Shown: one piece after another, positions 56,559 through 64,000 of the stretch
Position numbering within the stretch: the stretch's first letter is position 1
Layout: each line of letters starts with the position of its first letter
Assembly: GCA_934203105.1 (NCBI GenBank)
Contig: CAKPYQ010000001.1
Coordinates: 37,270 to 101,269, forward strand
Direction of reading: 5' to 3'
From: an uncultured Alphaproteobacteria bacterium
Lineage (GTDB): Bacteria > Pseudomonadota > Alphaproteobacteria > CAAHEQ01 > UBA3637
Length of the DNA stretch: 64,000 bases
Notes under the pieces: model-generated
The model's input: the letters and a program-made list of their open reading frames with translations, nothing else
Told to the model about the DNA's origin: nothing
The model's database searches: none
Program-made: the position numbers and the translations under genes

Positions 56559-57536
56559 ATGCATACATTAGTCATAGGCGGAGCCGGTTATATCGGATCT
56601 CATGTCGTTAAAGAGTTATTGAAAAACAATGTCAAAGTGACTGTTTTTGACGATTTATCGACCGGACACGAAATCAATTTATTTCCAAATGCGCACTTTA
56701 TAAAGGGCAGCATTTTGGATACGGACGCGTTGGGACGCGCGATGTGCCAAAACGTTGACGGTGTTATCTTTCTGGCCGGCAAAAAAGCGGTCGGCGAATC
56801 GATGCAAAATCCGGCAAAATACGCTAACACAAACTTAATCGGCGCGGTTAATGTGTTAAATACGATGTTGGAATGCAACGTTAAAAAGTTTATATTTTCG
56901 TCTTCGGCTTCTGTTTACGGAAAGCCGCAATACTTGCCGATTGATGAAAATCACCCGATCAATCCGATGAGTTTTTACGGTTACACCAAACAAGCAACGG
57001 AACAGCTGTTGCATTGGTACAGCAAATTAAAAGGCATTCGCTTTGTTGCGTTGCGTTATTTTAATGCCGTCGGATATGATGCAAACGGCGACATTAAAGG
57101 ATTAGAAAAAAATCCGCAAAACTTGCTGCCCATTATTATGGAAGTTGCTTGTGGCGTGCGCCCGCAGTTGAGCATTTACGGAAACGATTATGAAACATCG
57201 GACGGCACATGTATTCGCGATTATATTCACGTTACGGATTTGGCCATCGCACATTATGACGCATTAGAATATTTAAATAACAACGGGAAAAGCGATATCT
57301 TTAACTTGGGAACAGGCAAAGGCTTTTCCGTATTGGAAATGCTGCAAAAAACAGAAGAAGTCATCGGGCATAAAATCCCGTGTTCCTTTACGTCGCGCAG
57401 AGCCGGAGATCCGGCGGTCGTTGCTGCCTGTGCCGACAAAGCCAAAAAAGTTTTAAATTGGCAAGCACAAAACAGCGATTTAGAAAATATCATCAAAACA
57501 ACGTGGGCAGTATATAAAACCAGTCAAATTAAATAA
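56559..57536 (+). CDS. galE: UDP-glucose 4-epimerase
   Basis: The Rossmann motif is VIGGAGYIGSH. The catalytic YGYTK region (YxxxK) and the overall SDR-extended pattern match. The RBS aggtgg is 6 nt upstream. Confidence 0.85.
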   Translation: MHTLVIGGAGYIGSHVVKELLKNNVKVTVFDDLSTGHEINLFPNAHFIKGSILDTDALGRAMCQNVDGVIFLAGKKAVGESMQNPAKYANTNLIGAVNVLNTMLECNVKKFIFSSSASVYGKPQYLPIDENHPINPMSFYGYTKQATEQLLHWYSKLKGIRFVALRYFNAVGYDANGDIKGLEKNPQNLLPIIMEVACGVRPQLSIYGNDYETSDGTCIRDYIHVTDLAIAHYDALEYLNNNGKSDIFNLGTGKGFSVLEMLQKTEEVIGHKIPCSFTSRRAGDPAVVAACADKAKKVLNWQAQNSDLENIIKTTWAVYKTSQIK

Positions 57537-57611
57537 CAATCCAAACCCATAAAAAAAAGCGGAAAAGTTTATTGCTTTTCCGCTTTTGTTTTTGTCGCAA
57601 ATCTTTACGGC

Positions 57612-58517
57612 CTAATAGCCTTTTAATTGCTCTTCCAAACTTCCCGGAATAAAGTCAACCAAAGGTCGTTCAATCATCGTATAAGCACCGAATTGTTCCG
57701 ATTGTTTTGCACGATATGCCGCACGGACTGCACCAACCAAAACATTGGCCGTCATCAACGGATTTATCCCTTCGATCGAATACTTTTGTGCAACATCAGG
57801 AGCAACACGCTCTAACAGGCCACCGTGATTGAGCGTATCGTATTCGGAAACATCTTTAACGGCCACAACATCCGTCGGATCATTTTTAAAATAATCATCT
57901 GTACGAATAGCCTCTGCAACCGCGTTAAAATCCGCATTGTCTTGCAATTCGACATAAACCAAACGTTTTTGAAGGCCTGCACCGTTCGGAAGCGTTAAAG
58001 AAACCGCATCTTTTACTCCGCTGATTGCTTTTACGGCCGCCGTATGGCCCATGCTGCGACCGCCTTTTTCACCGCCGAAAGTCGTTGTCGTCACCGAATG
58101 CGGACAAACAATTTGCATCAAACAACGCACAACGGAATCGCTGCCCGGATCCCAACCGGCACCGAAAATAGAAACGGCTTTATTTTCCTTTGCAATCGCA
58201 TCCAAACGCTTTTTGCTTTCGATGATTTTGTCGTGAATGTCAAAGCTGTCCACTGTCGAAATACCCAACTTTAAAGTTTCGGCAACACGATCACCCGCCA
58301 ATCTGGACGGCACGCATACCAAAGCCACATCAATATCTTTTAATGCCGTAATATCAGATACCACGGTCACATCGGCCAATTCTTCGTCAACATTATTCAA
58401 AGACGAAGAACGACGCACAACGCCAACCAATTCCATATCGGCTGTTTCATCCAAAACATATTTACAATAACGTCCTACATTTCCCCAACCTATAATAGCT
58501 ACTCGAATATTTTCCAT
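57612..58517 (-). CDS. ddh: meso-diaminopimelate D-dehydrogenase (Ddh)
   Basis: The N-terminal IRVAIIGWGNVGR and the GAGWDPG motif match Corynebacterium-type Ddh as I recall it. Length 301 aa. Confidence 0.65.
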   Translation of the reverse strand: MENIRVAIIGWGNVGRYCKYVLDETADMELVGVVRRSSSLNNVDEELADVTVVSDITALKDIDVALVCVPSRLAGDRVAETLKLGISTVDSFDIHDKIIESKKRLDAIAKENKAVSIFGAGWDPGSDSVVRCLMQIVCPHSVTTTTFGGEKGGRSMGHTAAVKAISGVKDAVSLTLPNGAGLQKRLVYVELQDNADFNAVAEAIRTDDYFKNDPTDVVAVKDVSEYDTLNHGGLLERVAPDVAQKYSIEGINPLMTANVLVGAVRAAYRAKQSEQFGAYTMIERPLVDFIPGSLEEQLKGY

Positions 58518-58519
58518 AC

Positions 58520-59977
58520 TTATCCTTTCAGTTGTTGGTACAACGAATAATATTTTTTAGCTGAACGTCCCCAAGAAAAATCTTGTCCCATAGCGGTCTT
58601 GATCATATTATCCATATGCACCGGCCGGTCATAATACGTCGAATTTGCCCAACCGATTGTGTTGTATAAAGCGCCGGCAGATATATCGTAAAACTTAAAT
58701 CCGGATCCTGTTCCGTTACTTTCATCATAATTTTGAACAGTATCGGCCAAACCGCCCGTCGAACGGACAATCGGTAATGTTCCGTACAGTTGGCTGTACA
58801 TTTGCTTTAATCCGCACGGTTCATAAATCGACGGAATTAACGTAAAGTCACTGCCTGCATCAACCAAGTGCTCCAAAGGCCCGTTGAAACGATTAACGCT
58901 GATGCGGCCCGGATAATAATTTTGCAAATTTCCCAAATAAGCTTGCGCCCATACTTCGCCGTCGCCCATAATCAAAAATTGAGCCTGCATATTACGCAAA
59001 ACACCTTCGATACATTCGGTAACCATACGAATGCCTTTTTGCTCGCTTAAACGCACGCACATCGAAAAAATCGGCATATCATTATGTTCCAAACCAAAAT
59101 GATCTCGCAAAACTTTTTTATTTTTGGCTTTACCTTCCTTAAACGATTTGACATCGTACGGATAAGCAATATTCGGATCTTTCATCGGATTCCACAAATC
59201 CAAATCGATGCCGTTTAAAATACCCGAAACATCTTTTGCCCGCTCTTGAAGCAACCAATGCAAGCCGGCGCCGCCCAAAGGCGTCATAATTTCTTCGGCA
59301 TAGTGCGGGCTGACCGTCGTGATTTTATCCGCAAAGCGAATCCCGCCCTTTAACAAATTAACGCGACCGTAATTTTCAAACGCATACATATTAAAATCGT
59401 TCCAATCGATTTTGGCGTAATTTAAAACGTCCGCATTATAAATGCCTTGATACGGCAAGTTGTGGATCGTCAAAACGCTTTTGGTATCAGCAAAGAACGG
59501 ATTGCCGTCTTTTTTCAAATAATACGGAATAAGCGCCGTTTGCCAATCGTGCACGTGCACTACATCCGGCTGATAGCCCATATCTTGCGTCAACTGCAAA
59601 GCGGCACGACAAAAGAAAGCATAACGATAAGCATTGTCTTGATATTCTTCGTGAGTGTTTTTATCGTTATACACGCCATAACGATCAAAATATTTATTAA
59701 ATTCAATAAAATAAGCATCATAATGGCACGGCGTTTCGGCATGATAAACGCTGTACCATTCTTCGCAATTTCCCATTTTGACACAGCAACCGTCATACAT
59801 TTTGTGCAGTTGATATTTTTCACGGTCAATTAAAGAATAAAGCGGTAAAATTAACTTAACATCAGCACCCTGTCTTTTCAAATACTTCGGCAAAGCAGCC
59901 GCAACATCGGCCAAACCTCCGGTTTTAATGAACGGAGCCGCCTCACTGGCGACGAACAGGATTTTCATTTTTGACAT
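58520..59977 (-). CDS. glgA: glycogen synthase (ADP-glucose transglucosylase)
   Basis: MKILFVASEAAPFIKTGGLADV carries the K-T-G-G-L signature. Length 485 aa. Confidence 0.9.
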   Translation of the reverse strand: MSKMKILFVASEAAPFIKTGGLADVAAALPKYLKRQGADVKLILPLYSLIDREKYQLHKMYDGCCVKMGNCEEWYSVYHAETPCHYDAYFIEFNKYFDRYGVYNDKNTHEEYQDNAYRYAFFCRAALQLTQDMGYQPDVVHVHDWQTALIPYYLKKDGNPFFADTKSVLTIHNLPYQGIYNADVLNYAKIDWNDFNMYAFENYGRVNLLKGGIRFADKITTVSPHYAEEIMTPLGGAGLHWLLQERAKDVSGILNGIDLDLWNPMKDPNIAYPYDVKSFKEGKAKNKKVLRDHFGLEHNDMPIFSMCVRLSEQKGIRMVTECIEGVLRNMQAQFLIMGDGEVWAQAYLGNLQNYYPGRISVNRFNGPLEHLVDAGSDFTLIPSIYEPCGLKQMYSQLYGTLPIVRSTGGLADTVQNYDESNGTGSGFKFYDISAGALYNTIGWANSTYYDRPVHMDNMIKTAMGQDFSWGRSAKKYYSLYQQLKG

Positions 59978-60124
59978 TTTTCTCTCCCTTTATCTGTCTG
60001 AACTTTATATAACTTAATCGATTTTTTAATAAATAGCAAGGGAAATTTTTAACTTTTTTTTAACTTTTAATAATTGTATGCAAAACACCTGATGAACACA
60101 GATAAAACAAGCATTTACAACACG

Positions 60125-61198
60125 TTAAGCGTTACTTTCGGCTTCGGTTTCGGTTAAAGTTGTCGTCGCCGGGGTTAAAGCCGGAGTTTGAGTTGGTGCT
60201 TTTGCCTTCAATAAATCTTCCAATACGGGCAAATCGTCGCCTTTTGCCTCATCATCAAGCAAAGCCACAACACCTTTTTTAGCCTGCCACACCGGCGCCA
60301 TAGCCGATGCATTCAATAACGTCCCGCGTGCCAAAACAACCGTCGGGATAACTTCCGAATCCGGCTCTTTTTCCCGCAGCAATGCACTGGCTTTTTCCAT
60401 TAAATAAAACGGAGAGGTAATCAAACCTTGCGCCGAAAACCAAGTCGGCTCTAAATCGTCATCGGCGGCATCTTCATCGGCAATCCATTCGCGGTCTGCC
60501 GTTAAAAAAGACATCATAAAAGCAACACTGTCCGTAGCCAAAACCAACGCAACATTTAAATCGTCCAAACGCACATTTTCAAATAATTCGTATCCGTATT
60601 TAGCCCCCAAAGCTTTAATTTGTTCGGCTAATTCAGGGGTCAGCGCATCAACGGCATCTGCATCAACAGCGCTCGCCATTTTAGAAATTTCATCTGACAA
60701 GTCGTCGTTTTCATTTTCGGCCGATTGATTTTGTGCTTTTTGTTGTTCGGCTTGCTTTTGTTGTTCGGCCAACGCCAACGCGGCGCCGCCAAATCCGCGC
60801 ATTTTAGGCATTGCCGCCGGCCGAGCAGTCATACTTTGCGCCACAACCGGTGTTTTTGGCAAAGGCGCAGCATGATGATGCCGCATATTTAAGAAAGGTT
60901 TGAAAATCAAGTGCAGCCAATGGACTTTACGCACCCAAAGCCACAGGCCGAACCAAACGGGAAAATAAAATAAAAAAACAAAAAAGATCAACAGATTTTT
61001 TGGCGAATTCACAGCCCAATTATCATATTGAAAACGCATATAGAGCGTATACCAGTCAGAAAAAGGATTCAAAAAAACTTCTTTTGTCGAATACGAAAAA
61101 CAAGCAAACGGAGAATAGCCCAAATAAAGGCCGATTAAACTGCCTCCGACGCATAAATATAAAAAGCTGTACAACAAAAACAAAAAGAAATTGCGCAT
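60125..61198 (-). CDS. hypothetical membrane-anchored protein with acidic/Ala-rich cytoplasmic or periplasmic domain
   Basis: Two or three N-terminal TM helices, a Gln/Ala-rich linker (EQQKQAEQQKAQNQ) and an acidic C-terminal domain. No family recognised. Confidence 0.4.
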   Translation of the reverse strand: MRNFFLFLLYSFLYLCVGGSLIGLYLGYSPFACFSYSTKEVFLNPFSDWYTLYMRFQYDNWAVNSPKNLLIFFVFLFYFPVWFGLWLWVRKVHWLHLIFKPFLNMRHHHAAPLPKTPVVAQSMTARPAAMPKMRGFGGAALALAEQQKQAEQQKAQNQSAENENDDLSDEISKMASAVDADAVDALTPELAEQIKALGAKYGYELFENVRLDDLNVALVLATDSVAFMMSFLTADREWIADEDAADDDLEPTWFSAQGLITSPFYLMEKASALLREKEPDSEVIPTVVLARGTLLNASAMAPVWQAKKGVVALLDDEAKGDDLPVLEDLLKAKAPTQTPALTPATTTLTETEAESNA

Positions 61199-61307
61199 AT
61201 TAATCCTTTCTTATTTTTTAAATCATAACAATATTTAAAATAAAAAACAAGAAAAAATTAAAAAAGCCCCGCAACATAAGTACGGGGACTTTTTTTAATC
61301 GGCAAAC

Positions 61308-63599
61308 TTAGCGTTCTGCGCCGGTATTTTCGATCGAAATCGAACGATTGACATCTGCCCGCGGCATACGCGCCAACTTTAAAGCTTCACGGTTGGCAGA
61401 TACTTCGGCTTGTTGGCTTCTGACCCCGGCCGCCGCAGTTGAGAAATGACCTATTTCATTTTTCAAAGCCGCCGGCGTCGTTACGGAAATCGAAAAATCA
61501 TGCGCTTGCGACAGATTCATTTTCGGACGTTCAGACAAAGGCTTTGTATCAATCGCAATCATTTGATCACGTCCGCTTTGCGTGGTACGCAACATTGTCG
61601 GATCAACTTGCAAGTCCTCCGCTTTTATCGGTTGTTCCGGCGTCGGTTGTTCCGGTGTCGGCTGCTGTGGCGTTGGTTGTTCCGGTGTTGGTTGCTGTGG
61701 CGTTGGTTGTTCCGGCGTCGGTTGCTGTGGCGTCGGTTGTTCCGGTGTCGGCTGCTGTGGCGTCGGCTGTTCCGGTGTCGGCTGCTCCGGCGTCGGTTGT
61801 TCCGGCGTTGGTTGCTCCGGTGTCGGCTGCTGCGGCGTCGGTTGTTCCGGTGTCGGTTGTTCCGGTGTCGGTTGCTCCGGTGTCGGCTGTTCCGGTGTCG
61901 GTTGTTCCGGCGTCGGCTGTTCCGGTGTCGGTTGCTGTGGCGTTGGTTGCTCCGGCATCGGCTGCTCTCGTCTTTGCTTTTGCCGACCCAATCGTTCGTA
62001 TTCCCCGCCTTTCATCATCGATTTAGACGTATCCGCTAACTTTTTCAACGTTGCATTTGTCGGCGGATGGCCGTACGTTTGGAAATATCCGTAATCTAAC
62101 ATACGATTACGCAATTCTTCCATTTGACCTTTGCTTAAATCGCCAATCATACGCCCGTCTTTATCAAACTTTAATTTCAAACCGTCCAATAACTCGGGAT
62201 GTTCTTTGCGCAATTTTGCGGCCGCTTCCGGCATATTTCCGCAGCTTTCAATAAAAAGCTGGTGCACCGATTCAAATCGATCGTGCGCGCTCATTCCGCG
62301 AGCATCAGCCACGGTTTGATCATATTGTTCTACTTTGTCTTGAATATACTTTGTTTTTTCCTTAACCTTTTCGGCGGCCAAATCCAAGCCCCATGCGACT
62401 TGGTTAGGCAAGTAAAGCAACGCGCGGATAAACAAATTTTGGAAAGCTTGTTCCGGCGATTTTGCTTTTGAAAACTCTTCGACTATTCCCCAAAACGAAT
62501 TTGCATGATTACGTTCGGCAATTTTTTCCCGTGCTTCTTCACTTAATTTAAAACCTTCGGAAAAGTCCATGCCTTCACGGACGGGAGGTTGATTTTCGGG
62601 TTTTGACGCCGGCCCCGGCACATACGGTTCGGCCGGCGTATCGTTATTGTTGCCGTCCGGAGCATAATAGTATGGTCCGTTATTGGGCACATTGCCTTGA
62701 ATAGTAATCGGGGCAGCCTCCGCCATTTTTTGCGGATCATACGTAAAGTTATCATTTTCCAAACTGCCATCCACTGTAACGCCCGGTGTTGTCGGTGTTT
62801 CGCCCGTCGTTGCCATTGATGGTGTTTGTGGAATAGCTCCGTTTATCGTCGCGCCATTTTCCATTAAGCGATCAGCTTTCGGCTTATCAGCAATACTGAC
62901 TTTGTCGGGATCGTAAGTGTATGGACTTTGCTCGTTACCGGTAACAGAGATATTGTCCTTGCTGTTTGAAAACAACGGCGCGCGATACGTCGCATCTTGC
63001 GCATTGTTTTGTTCAAACGGATTGCCCCCCAACAATTGCACGGCTTTTTGATGAGCAACCGGTTCCAATTCGCTCCAAATCGTATTCAAATTATCCATAC
63101 GATTTTTATCGTAATCAATAACAGCTTGGCGTTCATCAAAAGCTTTTTGCGCTTCTTTTAAATACATCGAATCTGTACTGATGTTTCCCGTATTCAACGC
63201 TTTAATTTCATCGGTATTCATCAAAAAATCAGCCTGTTCTTTGGTCAGGTTTTCAATATTATCAACACCATAGTGTGAAGCCGCCAAACTTTTAAACACT
63301 TCCTTTGCTTTGGAGGAAGAAAGCGTTTCCAACTTTGAAAAAGCGTCCGGATCTCGGATCGGCCGAATTTGTGCGTTCAAATCCAATAAAGCTTGCTGCA
63401 CATTCGGCGATAATTCACGCTCCGGATTGATTGTCAACGAACTCATAAATCCGATCGGCGCTTTGATAAAATCGGCATAATTTTCCGCCGAGCTTTTCGA
63501 TAAAAACTCTTTTGCTTCCGATGTACCGATTTCCTCATCGACGTGCGCCGTACTGATGTTTTTGTAATCGTCCAGCTGTTGATTGTATCCGTCTGCCAT
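61308..63599 (-). CDS. large hypothetical protein with about 22 tandem PTPEQ pentapeptide repeats near the C-terminus
   Basis: 763 aa with no signal peptide. The C-terminal stretch ...QPTPEQPTPEQPTPQQ... runs for about 110 residues and is encoded by 15-bp tandem repeats. Confidence 0.5.
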   Translation of the reverse strand: MADGYNQQLDDYKNISTAHVDEEIGTSEAKEFLSKSSAENYADFIKAPIGFMSSLTINPERELSPNVQQALLDLNAQIRPIRDPDAFSKLETLSSSKAKEVFKSLAASHYGVDNIENLTKEQADFLMNTDEIKALNTGNISTDSMYLKEAQKAFDERQAVIDYDKNRMDNLNTIWSELEPVAHQKAVQLLGGNPFEQNNAQDATYRAPLFSNSKDNISVTGNEQSPYTYDPDKVSIADKPKADRLMENGATINGAIPQTPSMATTGETPTTPGVTVDGSLENDNFTYDPQKMAEAAPITIQGNVPNNGPYYYAPDGNNNDTPAEPYVPGPASKPENQPPVREGMDFSEGFKLSEEAREKIAERNHANSFWGIVEEFSKAKSPEQAFQNLFIRALLYLPNQVAWGLDLAAEKVKEKTKYIQDKVEQYDQTVADARGMSAHDRFESVHQLFIESCGNMPEAAAKLRKEHPELLDGLKLKFDKDGRMIGDLSKGQMEELRNRMLDYGYFQTYGHPPTNATLKKLADTSKSMMKGGEYERLGRQKQRREQPMPEQPTPQQPTPEQPTPEQPTPEQPTPEQPTPEQPTPEQPTPQQPTPEQPTPEQPTPEQPTPEQPTPQQPTPEQPTPQQPTPEQPTPQQPTPEQPTPQQPTPEQPTPEQPIKAEDLQVDPTMLRTTQSGRDQMIAIDTKPLSERPKMNLSQAHDFSISVTTPAALKNEIGHFSTAAAGVRSQQAEVSANREALKLARMPRADVNRSISIENTGAER
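61630..61965. repeat. about 22 x 15-bp tandem repeat (YGGYTGYTSYGGYGT on the plus strand) encoding PTPEQ/PTPQQ
   Basis: Read directly from the sequence. The unit is nearly perfect with wobble variation. Confidence 0.85.
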
Positions 63600-63678
63600 T
63601 GCCTTATCTCCTTAATAATGATCTTTGATTGGTTTAATTATAGCATGCATTTTGTGTTCTGTCTACTTTTTTTAACAT

Positions 63679-63969
63679 TTAAGCTTTTATTTTTTTAACA
63701 AAAGCACCTATTTTTTTGTTAATGTCTTTTGCGTCAGCAATGGACAAGATCCGTTTGCCGTTTTCGTCTTCGACGATAATCGGAGAAAAGAACGCCGGAT
63801 TTTCAATCAAAACGTCCCATGCTTTTTGAGCATCTAAATCCGCCATATTCAAATAATTTCTAAACAACCGTTCGGCATTAACCGGAAAGTTTTCCGGCGC
63901 CATTTTAGAGGCAAAACTGTCAATAATTTCTTTGCGGCGACGTTGGAAATTACGCAATTTTTCGTACAA
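63679..63969 (-). CDS. hypothetical small protein
   Basis: 96-aa ORF. No motif recognised. Confidence 0.3.
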   Translation of the reverse strand: MYEKLRNFQRRRKEIIDSFASKMAPENFPVNAERLFRNYLNMADLDAQKAWDVLIENPAFFSPIIVEDENGKRILSIADAKDINKKIGAFVKKIKA

Positions 63970-64000
63970 AGATAAGCCCTGCGATTGAATTTGTTGTTGT

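Noticed and set aside
61439-62094. Three overlapping plus-strand ORFs (195, 197 and 170 aa) rich in RRLF, VGCSG and PVSAAV repeats
   Set aside because: They lie entirely within the 15-bp tandem repeat on the antisense strand of the PTPEQ-repeat gene. Periodic sequence keeps all frames open, so they are artefacts.

Overview
This 64 kb window comes from an alphaproteobacterial chromosome; unmistakable CtrA and DivK orthologues are present. The window is moderately AT-rich and dense with lipoproteins. Housekeeping genes include uppP, comEC, slt, a Mur-ligase/LD-carboxypeptidase pair, fabI, infC, rnhA, leuS, uppS-frr-pyrH, ppiD, rimI-tsaB, galE, ddh and glgA. They flank three accessory regions. 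(1) A horizontally acquired, AT-rich defense island lies next to an initiator tRNA-Met gene, at about 22.4-33.5 kb. Its first component is a complete type I R-M operon, hsdM-hsdS-hsdR, with four unknown cargo genes wedged between the subunit genes by 2-8 bp gaps or overlaps. Next comes an overlapping two-gene cassette of a 251-aa cytosolic protein and a 4-TM membrane protein, both of unknown function. Last is a full-length type II-family Cas1 gene with no cas9, cas2, csn2, cas4 or CRISPR array in the window. Its start codon sits 3 bp after the stop of a TolC-family gene that closes an ABC-2/HlyD efflux operon. (2) Two paralogous giant proteins of 667 and 735 aa are extremely cysteine-rich and carry type-IV-prepilin-like N-termini (G|RSM[IL]EML...). 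A third cysteine-rich protein is a lipoprotein with an internal duplication. The second pilin-like gene contains four near-identical 141-bp tandem repeats, each encoding a 47-aa Cys module. Its 5' region is invaded by a cluster of GC-rich palindromic REP/RPE-like elements, one of them apparently in-frame. (3) Smaller items: an Mla/MCE-like transporter with a STAS-MlaE fusion; a CtrA box in the ctrA promoter; an infC start at a non-AUG codon; an orphan VirB2/TrbC-like pilin gene and a TraX-like gene; a large protein with about 22 tandem PTPEQ repeats; two tiny tandem lipoprotein genes missing from the ORF track; and several tandem-repeat loci. The novelty candidates, in order, are the cargo genes inside the type I R-M operon, the solo Cas1 coupled to an efflux operon, the Cas1-adjacent two-gene cassette, and the Cys-rich pilin-like proteins.
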